Positions 1 through 7,677 of a stretch of DNA of 64,000 bases are shown piece after piece (position 1 is the stretch's first letter; each line of letters begins with the position of its first letter). Where the stretch lies: the NCBI RefSeq assembly GCF_965221685.1, contig NZ_OZ244907.1; one strand, written 5' to 3'. Both the position numbers and the translations under genes were made by a program. Source of the stretch: Candidatus Palauibacter sp. GTDB lineage: Bacteria; Gemmatimonadota; Gemmatimonadetes; Palauibacterales; Palauibacteraceae. The notes beneath the pieces were generated by a model. The model ran no database searches and was not told where the DNA came from. It saw nothing but the letters and a program-made list of their open reading frames with translations.

Positions 1-212
1 ACTGCGGGAACCGGCTCGGACCGGCCTCGCCGGGACGTGCCCGCACCACCGCACACGACCTCGTCCCGCGCGCCGATGGGGGTGTCTTGACTTGCCGCTG
101 GCGACGACGTGGCACGGGCTGGAGGCGCTGCGAAACGTCCTGAAACGTTGTCGGACTGTGGGCGATTTTCCACAGGTTGACTGCCTTGCGGGAGGGTCTT
201 CAGCGTTCGGGC

Positions 213-512
213 ATGATGACGCTGGAAGATCAGTTCATTTCGCGGGTGAGCGCGTTTCTCGGACGCTCGGACTTGAGCCCGACCGCGTTCGGCCAAAAGG
301 CCGTGGGCGACCCGAATCTGATGCGCCAGATCGCCCGAGGCCGCTCGCCGAGACTGGCGACCGCAGACCGGATTCTCGCGTTCATCGCGGAGCGCGACGG
401 CGATCGCCGCAGCGCGCGGGATCCACCCTGCGCAACAGCGACACCGGCGACCGACCAGCAAGCAGAGCACAACGAGGAGGAGCAGGACGATGACCGAGAA
501 CCCGAGGAATGA
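213..512 (+). CDS. XRE/Cro-type helix-turn-helix regulator (mobile-element associated)
   Basis: ORF 177..512 (the tool start is TTG; ATG pair at 213). Segment LSPTAFGQKAVGDPNLMRQIARGRSPRLATADRILAFI reads as an XRE HTH with the G-x-x-P turn. It overlaps alpA by 23 nt. Confidence 0.45.
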   Translation: MMTLEDQFISRVSAFLGRSDLSPTAFGQKAVGDPNLMRQIARGRSPRLATADRILAFIAERDGDRRSARDPPCATATPATDQQAEHNEEEQDDDREPEE

Positions 513-798
513 GAGAACGAACCCGCCGATCCGCTTCCTGCGGCTGCCCGAGGTGATGAGGCGCACGGGCCTGTCGCGGAGCACGATCTATGTCCGGCTG
601 GCCGAGGGGCGGTTCCCCCGGCCCGTCGCCCTGGGCGGGCGCGCCGTGGGCTGGATCGAGGCCGAGATCGAGGAGTGGGTCGCCGAGCGGATCGCCGAGA
701 GCCGGTTCGCGGACGACCGGGCCGGTGAGCGCGTCGAGGCCGCGCACCGGATCCCCGAGGCCGGTTGGCGGGCGGCGGAGGCCCGCCCGGTCCGATGA
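490..798 (+). CDS. alpA: AlpA-family phage/ICE transcriptional regulator (excisionase-like HTH)
   Basis: LRLPEVMRRTGLSRSTIYVRLAEGRFPRPVALGGRAVGWIEAEIEEWV is the classic AlpA/MerR-like HTH signature. GAGGAGG RBS lies 8 nt upstream of the ATG. Confidence 0.8.
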   Translation: MTENPRNERTNPPIRFLRLPEVMRRTGLSRSTIYVRLAEGRFPRPVALGGRAVGWIEAEIEEWVAERIAESRFADDRAGERVEAAHRIPEAGWRAAEARPVR

Positions 799-835
799 TG
801 CGGCGCGCTCGAAGCGGCCGGGGAACGGCGTCCTG

Positions 836-883
836 GGCTTGCCTTGGGAAGGCAAGCCAGAGTACCCCGTGTAGGACACGGGG
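836..883 (+). promoter_or_regulatory. candidate oriT: two adjacent perfect inverted repeats between alpA and mobC
   Basis: GGCTTGCCTT-ggg-AAGGCAAGCC (10-bp arms, ~836-858) followed by CCCCGTG-tagga-CACGGGG (7-bp arms, ~865-883). These sit immediately upstream of mobC and the relaxase, the usual oriT position. Confidence 0.35.
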
Positions 884-994
884 CCTGGCGAGGGGATGGC
901 GCTGCCCCCCTTCGAACCCCACCAATATCCGCGCGCCGCTGGAGCGCGCGGGCGGGGGCTCCGCCCCCCGTCCCCCGTGTCGGCCGTCCGTCCG

Positions 995-1333
995 ATGAGC
1001 GGCCGCCGCCCCGCAACCGTCTCCGCCCGCGTGTCGGCGGCCGAACTCGCCGACTGGCGGGCCAAGGCCGCAGCCGCCGGCGTCCCGCTCTCGGCGCTCG
1101 TCCGGGAGGCCATGGCCCGCACGCGGACATGGACCGCCCCGGCAGCCGAGGTCGAGCGCGAGCGCACGAAGCAGGTCGCGCGCATCGGCAACAACCTGAA
1201 CCAGATCGCCCGGTGGGTGAACACCCACAAGGCGGCCATCGAGGCCGTCGAGGTGATCGTCCACCTGATCGCCATCGAGCGGGCGCTCCGCACGCTGGCT
1301 CCGGTCGAGAGCCCGGACGCCGATGCTCGTTAA
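995..1333 (+). CDS. mobC: MobC-family relaxosome accessory protein (RHH)
   Basis: Met at aa 34 of ORF 896..1333. VSARVSAAELADWRAKAAAAGVPLSALVREA ... ARIGNNLNQIARWVN matches the MobC/bacterial mobilisation protein signature. The stop overlaps the relaxase start. Confidence 0.75.
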   Translation: MSGRRPATVSARVSAAELADWRAKAAAAGVPLSALVREAMARTRTWTAPAAEVERERTKQVARIGNNLNQIARWVNTHKAAIEAVEVIVHLIAIERALRTLAPVESPDADAR

Positions 1334-2846
1334 GTTTCTCGCTCACGGAACCGGGTCGGCCCGCAAGGCGGCCAGGTACCTTCTCGGCGAGCTTGACGCG
1401 GCCGGGAGGGAGCGCGAAGGCGTCGAGGTGCTCAGGGGAGACCCCCACCAGGTGGCCGCCGTGGCCGATACGCTTCCCTTCGACCACAAGTACACCTCCG
1501 GCGTGATCGCGTGGGCGCCGGAGGACAAGCCCACCGAGGAGCAGATCGAAGCCGTTCTCGACGAGTTCGAGAAGACGGCGTGGGCGGGGCTCGAACCCGA
1601 CCGCTACGCATGGGCGGCGGTGCTGCACCGCGAGAGGGACGGCGGCGCGCACGTTCATGTCCTTGCCGCCCGATGCGACTTGGAGACCGACCGCAGCCTG
1701 AACATCGCCCCTCCCGGCTGGGAGAAGACATTCGGCGCGCTTCAGGACGCCTTCAACCACGAACACGGCTGGAGCCGTCCGGACGATCCGGCGCGGGCCA
1801 GGGTGCAGCAGCCCGGACACCGCGCCTACGTCGAGGCCGCCCAGCTGCGGGCAGGACTCCGGATCGAAGCCTCCCCCCGAGACCTGATCCGGGACTACCT
1901 GCTCCAGCGCGTCGAGCAGGGCGCGGTGCGCGATCGCCACGAGGTCGTCGCCGCGCTCCGGGAGGCGGGGCTTGAAGTGCCCCGCCAAGGCATGGACTAC
2001 CTGACCGCCATGGACCCCGAGACGGGGAAGCGGTGGCGGCTGAAAGGAGCACTGTACGGAGTTGATTTCCAACGCGAACGACTTGATGGAGCGGCTGCGG
2101 AAGAAGTTGGAGACCGAGCGCAGGGAGATCGAGGAGTTGACCGCCGACGAGCTCGAACGGCTCGCCGGGAACTCGCGGCGCGCCGCGAGGCACGCGCTGC
2201 GTACCATAAGGCGCGATACGGAGGAGGCGACCGGGCGGATGCGCGAGTTGCTCCTCAAGGCGTGGGCCAGGCCGCTGATCGTCGGCATGGCTCTCTGGCT
2301 CGGCATCTTCGGCGGAAGCTGGGCGACGATGCAGTGGTTGTCGAGGAGCATTCAGAACCGGATCGAGAAGCGGTCGATGGTGGACCTGGAAATCGCGGGT
2401 GGACGCGAGATGCTGGCCGAGATCGAGGAGACGACGTGGGGAGTGGGGCTGCGGGAAGTCAACGGGGTGAGGTACGTCACGCTGCCGACCGGCACGCCGG
2501 TCCTGACGGCCTTCACCGTGGACGGGCGGCCCTACGTAGAGCTGTCAAGAGAGTGAGGAAGCTGTATGACCGAGTTGGAGAGGCAGTTGACGGAGGCCTT
2601 GAAGAGGTTGTCCGGGCAGTACGAGAGGGAACGGCGGCGGCAATCCGAACAGGTCGAAGCCTTGCGGCGGCGTGTCGAGCGGCAGACCGAGGAGAACGAC
2701 ACCTTGAGGCGGCAAATCGAGCGGCTGAGCGGGCAGGTGACGCGCTTGACCGGTGGCTCCGGGACGCACGGCGTGACGTTGCGCGGCGGCGGTTGAAGAT
2801 AACCCCGCCGCGCGGGCCAGACCGAGATGCCGGTCCGAGCCGCTAG
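1323..2846 (+). CDS. MobA/VirD2-type conjugative relaxase (Relaxase/mobilisation nuclease domain); ORF extent given, but reliable coding signal only to ~2060
   Basis: The N-terminal ~245 aa carry relaxase motifs including the His triad HVHVLAARCD. Beyond ~2060 the frame turns R/A/G-rich with poor third-position GC and contains two better-coded ORFs in the +1 frame. Confidence 0.7.
   Translation: MLVKFLAHGTGSARKAARYLLGELDAAGREREGVEVLRGDPHQVAAVADTLPFDHKYTSGVIAWAPEDKPTEEQIEAVLDEFEKTAWAGLEPDRYAWAAVLHRERDGGAHVHVLAARCDLETDRSLNIAPPGWEKTFGALQDAFNHEHGWSRPDDPARARVQQPGHRAYVEAAQLRAGLRIEASPRDLIRDYLLQRVEQGAVRDRHEVVAALREAGLEVPRQGMDYLTAMDPETGKRWRLKGALYGVDFQRERLDGAAAEEVGDRAQGDRGVDRRRARTARRELAARREARAAYHKARYGGGDRADARVAPQGVGQAADRRHGSLARHLRRKLGDDAVVVEEHSEPDREAVDGGPGNRGWTRDAGRDRGDDVGSGAAGSQRGEVRHAADRHAGPDGLHRGRAALRRAVKRVRKLYDRVGEAVDGGLEEVVRAVREGTAAAIRTGRSLAAACRAADRGERHLEAANRAAERAGDALDRWLRDARRDVARRRLKITPPRGPDRDAGPSR
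2062..2556 (+). CDS. MobB-like small membrane-anchored mobilisation protein (embedded in relaxase ORF, alternative frame)
   Basis: Good GC3 codon bias in this frame, AAGGAG RBS upstream (TTG start at 2062, ATG at 2086). Coiled-coil N-terminus plus one TM segment LIVGMALWLGIFGGSWATMQWL. The arrangement parallels mobB inside mobA in RSF1010-type plasmids. Confidence 0.5.
   Translation: MISNANDLMERLRKKLETERREIEELTADELERLAGNSRRAARHALRTIRRDTEEATGRMRELLLKAWARPLIVGMALWLGIFGGSWATMQWLSRSIQNRIEKRSMVDLEIAGGREMLAEIEETTWGVGLREVNGVRYVTLPTGTPVLTAFTVDGRPYVELSRE
2566..2796 (+). CDS. small coiled-coil hypothetical protein
   Basis: ATG preceded by GAGGAAG RBS, same frame as 2062..2556 and separated by a stop. 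Heptad-like basic/acidic sequence, good codon bias. Confidence 0.4.
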   Translation: MTELERQLTEALKRLSGQYERERRRQSEQVEALRRRVERQTEENDTLRRQIERLSGQVTRLTGGSGTHGVTLRGGG

Positions 2847-3218
2847 ACTGACGGTGAAGGGGGGGCAGGATCGGCCGCACGGTCTTGAGGAGCCGCGCGG
2901 CACGAGGCTACGTGGTGTGGGATGCCGGGCGCTCGTTACCGAGGCCCCCGTTCGCCGCCGGGGTTGTCAACCGTCTGGACGAACGAGCATTATTCCTAGC
3001 AAGCACGTCAACGGAAGGGTCCACCGGAACGGCGAGGAGAGCTTCGGGACGATGTTGTTGAAGCGTGGATACCGCAGGGTATGCCACCGAGCGAGTCCTA
3101 CGCCTCTCCACCGCAATCCGAACGACGTGCCGGGTCGAGCCGCCTGCGATGCCAACTTGCCTTTGAACCTCCTCGACACCCAGGGAGTCGAACAGCCGTC
3201 ACTCGGGGAAGACAGATC

Positions 3219-4205
3219 GTGAACGGCTTCCGGTTCATCGACGTTTTCGCCGGGATCGGGGGTCTGAGGCGTCCCTTTGACGAGATCGGCGGTCGGTGCG
3301 TGTTCACGTCCGAGTGGGACAGGTTCTGCGAACAGACCTACTCGGCGAACTTCCCGTCGGGCGACAGCCACCAGTTCGTCGGCGACATCCGGCCCTACTC
3401 CTCGCTTCCCGAAATGATCCCCGAGCACGATGTCGTGCTGGCCGGCTTCCCGTGCCAGCCCTTTTCCATCGCCGGGGTCTCCAAGAAGAACGCGCTGGGT
3501 CGGCCCCACGGCTTTCTGTGCGACACGCAGGGAACGCTCTTCTACGATCTAGCGAAGATCATCGCCCACCATCGTCCCTCCGCCTTCCTGCTGGAGAACG
3601 TGAAGAATCTGAAGGGTCATGATCGGGGACGAACGTTCGCCACCATCATGCACGTTCTGGAGACGGAACTGGAGTACAACGTCAGCACGAGGATCGTGGA
3701 CGCCTCTCCGTGGGTGCCTCAGAGACGAGAACGGGTGTTCATCGTGGGCTTTGAGAGGGAAACCGACTTCGACTTCGGCGAACTGGAGATCCCCAGCGGC
3801 AATCACCCGACCCTCGGGAGCATTCTCGACAGCGACGTCGATCCCAAGTACACGCTGAGCGACCACCTCTGGAACTACCTTCAGGACTACAAGAGAAAGC
3901 ACCGCGCGGCCGGAAACGGGTTCGGCTACTCGGTGTTCGGGCCGGGGGACGTGGCGCGGACCCTCTCGGCCCGCTACTACAAGGACGGCTCCGAAATCCT
4001 CATCCGGCAAAACGGTCGTCCGCGTAGGCTGACCCCTCGAGAATGTGCGAGGCTGATGGGATTCGACGAGTCGGACGGGGCGAGGTTCAAGATCCCCGTG
4101 TCGGACACGCAGGCCTACCGCCAGTTCGGCAACGCGGTCGTGGTTCCCGTCGTCCGCGCCATCGCCCGGCTCATGGCTCCCCACATCGACGGTGCGGCCG
4201 CGTGA
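3219..4205 (+). CDS. DNA (cytosine-5)-methyltransferase, Dcm/M.EcoRII-like
   Basis: Motif I FIDVFAGIGG, motif IV GFPCQPFS, motif VI ENV. GTG start chosen just before motif I (the ORF frame opens at 3081 but the upstream aa are non-MTase-like). Stop overlaps the next gene (GTGA). Confidence 0.85.
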   Translation: MNGFRFIDVFAGIGGLRRPFDEIGGRCVFTSEWDRFCEQTYSANFPSGDSHQFVGDIRPYSSLPEMIPEHDVVLAGFPCQPFSIAGVSKKNALGRPHGFLCDTQGTLFYDLAKIIAHHRPSAFLLENVKNLKGHDRGRTFATIMHVLETELEYNVSTRIVDASPWVPQRRERVFIVGFERETDFDFGELEIPSGNHPTLGSILDSDVDPKYTLSDHLWNYLQDYKRKHRAAGNGFGYSVFGPGDVARTLSARYYKDGSEILIRQNGRPRRLTPRECARLMGFDESDGARFKIPVSDTQAYRQFGNAVVVPVVRAIARLMAPHIDGAAA

Positions 4206-5491
4206 GGCGCGGGAAACTCCGCGACTACTTCTCGGGAGTGGGCGCGAAACTCCTGTCGGCGGTTGATGCCGAACCCAAGAAGTCCAATCAGCATGAAATC
4301 GGCGTCACCAAGGACATGCGGCGGCAGGTTCTCGGGGAACGCAAGCGACACTTCAACGTTCGCTACGTCTGGCTGGGAAGGGAGCGGGACGGGTTGATCG
4401 CCGACGGGACGGCAACCGGCGAGAGCGGCCATTCGCGAGGCCGAGGCCACGACCACGGGGAAGGCGGCTTTACCGCCTACGCGCCCGCCACCTACTACGA
4501 CACGCGGGAGAATCAACCCCACCGCTCACCGGAATGGCGTCTATACTACTCGTCCAATCCCGTCACGGAAGCGATGAGCGGCGGCGATGCGCTGTTTCTG
4601 GCGCTGCACAACGATGGGCTCCTCTACTTCATCGTCACCCCGGCGGGATCCACCAGCGAGCAGCAGCTCTCATGGCTCTTCGGTGTCCGTCCCCAGCACT
4701 CATTCGACTCGCGCGAGATCGAGCCGGACGAACCGACGCTCGGCTTTGCGGCCCGCTTCATCTTCGACGAACTCGGCGTGGAGTTCGAGGAAGCGGATGA
4801 GGACAGACTGGATGGCATCGTTGAGCCGTTCGGCACGACGTTCCCAAGAACCGCCGAATTCTCAGACCTCGCACGCAAGACGCTGGCCGAGGACGTGAAT
4901 CCCAAGGACGATCCGGACGCCACCCTGCTCGCTTGGCTGGAGCACGAGGAGGCCCTGTTTCGGCGACTTGAGAGGAAGGTGGTCGCCGAGCGGCTCCAAG
5001 CCGGGTTCACAGACGAGCACGGCATCGATGTGGATGGATTCCTGCGGTTCTCGCTCAGCGTTCAGAACCGACGAAAGTCTCGAATGGGCCAGTCCCTTGA
5101 ACATCACGCCGAGGCCGTTTTCCGCGCCCATGAACTGTCGTATTCCCGGAGCCCGGTGACCGAACACAACCACCGGCCGGACTTCCTTTTCCCAAGCATC
5201 GAAGCATATCGGGAGGCACCCACGGGCTGGTGGTGCTTGGCCATGCTGGGTGCCAAATCGACCTGCAAGGACCGCTGGCGGCAGGTGCTCGTCGAGGCGG
5301 AGAAGATTCCGGAAAAGCACCTCCTGACGCTTGAACCCGGCATATCGGAGTCGCAGACTCGTCAAATGGCCGTTGCCAAGTTGCGACTGGTCGTTCCGCA
5401 CGCCCTCCACGTCACCTATACCGAAGCGCAGCGAGAGTGGCTATGGACCTTCGCCCGGTTCATCCGGGACGTGGGGGCGCGACAGGGGTAA
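4202..5491 (+). CDS. EcoRII-family type IIE restriction endonuclease (expected CCWGG specificity)
   Basis: The C-terminal half aligns residue-by-residue with the EcoRII catalytic domain: NRRKSR.G.SLE.H, KPDFLFPS..AY, K.TCKDRWRQ.L.EA.KI, LRLVVP. The N-terminus LLSAVDAEPKKSNQHEIGV matches the EcoRII-N B3-like effector domain (RLSANDTGATGGHQVGL). GTG start overlaps the MTase stop. Confidence 0.8.
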   Translation: MRRGKLRDYFSGVGAKLLSAVDAEPKKSNQHEIGVTKDMRRQVLGERKRHFNVRYVWLGRERDGLIADGTATGESGHSRGRGHDHGEGGFTAYAPATYYDTRENQPHRSPEWRLYYSSNPVTEAMSGGDALFLALHNDGLLYFIVTPAGSTSEQQLSWLFGVRPQHSFDSREIEPDEPTLGFAARFIFDELGVEFEEADEDRLDGIVEPFGTTFPRTAEFSDLARKTLAEDVNPKDDPDATLLAWLEHEEALFRRLERKVVAERLQAGFTDEHGIDVDGFLRFSLSVQNRRKSRMGQSLEHHAEAVFRAHELSYSRSPVTEHNHRPDFLFPSIEAYREAPTGWWCLAMLGAKSTCKDRWRQVLVEAEKIPEKHLLTLEPGISESQTRQMAVAKLRLVVPHALHVTYTEAQREWLWTFARFIRDVGARQG

Positions 5492-6045
5492 TGGGACTCG
5501 GCGCTGGCGTTGCGACGGCCTCCACCGACACGGCCCAGCAATGTGCCAAGGGTTCTCGTGGCGATGTCGTCAACGGAGTGCCGAGTTCGGGACTTCCGGC
5601 GGAAACGCGGCCGCAAGCGAATCGGCGGCCCGCTGCGGACCCGCTCACGGCCCGTCAACGTAGCGAGTTGATGAGCCGGATCCGCTCGAAGGACACCAAG
5701 CCCGAGATGCTGGTCCGGCGGCTCGTGCACGGCATGGGCTACCGCTATCGTCTTCACGCCAAGGAACTGCCGGGCCGTCCCGATCTGGTGTTCAGACCCC
5801 GCCGCAAGGCGATCTTCGTCCATGGATGCTTTTGGCACCGCCACGTCGGCTGTCCGGCAAACCGGCTGCCCACGACGCGGCGGGAGTTCTGGCGGAACAA
5901 GCTGGACGGCAACGTCCGGCGAGACAGGCGCAACGAGGCGGCTTTGGAAGAAATGGGCTGGCGCGTTCTCATCATATGGGAGTGCCAGACGAAGGACTTG
6001 GATCGTGTCGCCGAAGCCGTCAGGCGGTTTCTCGGTCCCCGCTGA
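5491..6045 (+). CDS. vsr: very-short-patch repair endonuclease Vsr
   Basis: RSELMSRIRSKDTKPE, FVHGCFWHRH, TRREFWRNKLDGNVRRDRR, WRVLIIWECQ. ATG overlaps the upstream stop (TAATG). The start could be later, at an alternative start no later than ATG 5671. Confidence 0.85.
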   Translation: MGLGAGVATASTDTAQQCAKGSRGDVVNGVPSSGLPAETRPQANRRPAADPLTARQRSELMSRIRSKDTKPEMLVRRLVHGMGYRYRLHAKELPGRPDLVFRPRRKAIFVHGCFWHRHVGCPANRLPTTRREFWRNKLDGNVRRDRRNEAALEEMGWRVLIIWECQTKDLDRVAEAVRRFLGPR

Positions 6046-6062
6046 CCGCTTGGGGTTGCGTC

Positions 6063-6105
6063 CCGGAACCTCCAGTACAATGCAGAGGGTTCCGGTTCAT
6101 ATTTG
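6063..6105 (+). terminator. candidate intrinsic terminator after vsr
   Basis: CCGGAACC ... GGTTCCGG 8-bp stem with 17-nt loop, followed by a T-rich stretch (TTCATATTTG) at the start of an AT-rich region. Confidence 0.35.
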
Positions 6106-6189
6106 CGTATTCAAAGTGATACACGGGACGATGTGGTAATATCGTAAGATGTTGTATAGCAGTAGTTTACTGTATTATCTGACCGGCGT

Positions 6190-6852
6190 ATGCCAGTTCC
6201 GCCCGAACTCGCCCAACTGAGCCGTCTTGAGGAGTTGAACCTCGCCTTCAACAACCTGACCGGACCGATTCCGACGGAGCTCGCAAGCCTGCGGAACCTC
6301 ACGGTTCTCGATATTGAGCAAAATGACCTGAGCGGCCCCATTCCACCGGATCTGGTCAACCTCTCCGATCTTGAGGTTCTCTCGCTTGCCGGCAATCGAA
6401 TCACCGGCACCATTCCTTCGGCGTTCGGAGACCTCTCCAATCTCCGCGACCTCAAGCTCCACATGAATCAACTGTCAGGACCGATCCCATCCAGCCTGGG
6501 GAAACTGCAACGCCTGGCTCGGTTGTCCCTGTGCTGCAATGCGTTGACGGGCCCGATTCCGCCCGAGTTGGGCAACCTCTCGTCAGTTGGGTTTCTCGGA
6601 CTTCAGGTAAACGAGCTGTCCGGGTCCGTACCCTCCGAGCTCGGGAGGCTTTCCGCGCTCCGGCACCTGTACCTTTTCACCAACGCGGACTTGCGCGGAC
6701 CGCTTCCGCAGGAGCTCGTGAATCTGAGACTCACCACGTTCGACTGGATACTCACCGGCTTGTGTTCTCCTCCCAACACGGAATTCCAGGACTGGCTCCA
6801 GAGCATTCCCCGCCACCAGGGTGGGGGCGTGTGCTCGAATTCTGCGCCGTGA
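6190..6852 (+). CDS. plant-specific-type leucine-rich repeat protein, N-terminally truncated fragment (possible pseudogene)
   Basis: About eight 24-residue repeats LxxLxxLxLxxNxL(T/S)GxIPxxLGxL. The ORF starts inside a repeat with no signal peptide, and lies after an AT-rich junction with GC lower than the flanks. Confidence 0.45.
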   Translation: MPVPPELAQLSRLEELNLAFNNLTGPIPTELASLRNLTVLDIEQNDLSGPIPPDLVNLSDLEVLSLAGNRITGTIPSAFGDLSNLRDLKLHMNQLSGPIPSSLGKLQRLARLSLCCNALTGPIPPELGNLSSVGFLGLQVNELSGSVPSELGRLSALRHLYLFTNADLRGPLPQELVNLRLTTFDWILTGLCSPPNTEFQDWLQSIPRHQGGGVCSNSAP

Positions 6853-6899
6853 CGCGAGAACCCGTCACTCCTTGACCGGGGAGCGGCGCCGAGCGCAGC

Positions 6900-7631
6900 G
6901 TGGGCACCCGGATTTCCCGTACCAAGGCCGGCCGAGTGAGCAAATTCGACGAGTTGCGCGCACACCTGCGAGCGATCCGCACGCTCACGAGGGGCGTGAC
7001 GCACGGCCTGCCGGCGCTCGAGGCGTCGGACGATCCCTACGCGCTGTTCGGCCGCTGGTTCGAGGACGCCAAAGCTTCCGGGCTGCTCCTGCCCGAGTCG
7101 ATGGCGCTCGCCACGGCGACGCCGGACGGGCGCTCGTCCGTGCGGATGGTCCTGCTCAAGGGCATCGCGCCCGACGGCCTCCGGTTTTTCACCAACTACG
7201 GCAGCCGGAAAGCCGAGGAACTGGACGACAATCCTCACGCCGCGCTCTGCTTCCACTGGTCGGTGCTCGAGCGGCAGGTGCGCGTCGAGGGCCGTGTCGA
7301 GCGCCTCTCGGCGGAAGACTCGGAGGCGTACTTCGCGACGCGCGATCGCGGGAGCCAGATCGGCGCGTGGGCGTCGGCACAGAGCCGGCCGATCGCCGAT
7401 CGCGCGGCGCTCGAGGCCCAGGTAGTGGAAGCCGAGGCGCGGTTCGAGGGGAGGGACGTTCGGCTCCCCGACTTCTGGGGCGGATACCTTCTCGTTCCGG
7501 ACCGCTTCGAGTTCTGGCAGGGCCGCGCCAACCGGCTGCACGACCGTCTCGAATACACGCCACGCGACCGGAGCGGCGACGGGAGCGGCGAAGCCGGCGG
7601 CGGCTGGGAGGTCACCCGCCTCCAACCCTGA
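6900..7631 (+). CDS. pdxH: pyridoxamine 5'-phosphate oxidase
   Basis: DPYALFGRWF, RMVLLKG, FFTNYGSRKAEEL, SQIGAWASAQSRPI, PDFWGGYLLVPDRFEFWQGRANRLHDRLEY. Co-linear with E. coli PdxH. Confidence 0.85.
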   Translation: MGTRISRTKAGRVSKFDELRAHLRAIRTLTRGVTHGLPALEASDDPYALFGRWFEDAKASGLLLPESMALATATPDGRSSVRMVLLKGIAPDGLRFFTNYGSRKAEELDDNPHAALCFHWSVLERQVRVEGRVERLSAEDSEAYFATRDRGSQIGAWASAQSRPIADRAALEAQVVEAEARFEGRDVRLPDFWGGYLLVPDRFEFWQGRANRLHDRLEYTPRDRSGDGSGEAGGGWEVTRLQP

Positions 7632-7677
7632 ACGAGCGGCCTGGCGATCGCCGCCCGAACGCAGCAGGGCTTTCGCG

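Noticed and set aside
92-493. 133-aa ORF at the left edge and small overlapping ORFs 230..1293 on the minus strand
   Set aside because: Arg/Gly-rich with no motifs. They overlap the better-supported XRE, AlpA and MobC genes
588-2351. 587-aa antisense ORF, and similar very long ORFs overlapping real genes on the opposite strand or in other frames (e.g. 7235..9073-, 9108..10670-, 8945..10825+, 19377..21497-, 20636..22018-, 24866..27346+, 27717..30407+, 38384..39880+, 15370..17787 N-terminal part)
   Set aside because: R/G/P/A-rich low-complexity translations with no domain signatures. This is the expected open-frame artefact of high-GC DNA. The partner-strand genes have strong motif support
3081-3218. 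N-terminal 46-aa extension of the methyltransferase ORF
   Set aside because: The sequence is non-MTase-like, and C5-MTases normally start just before motif I. GTG at 3219 was preferred, but the longer form cannot be excluded
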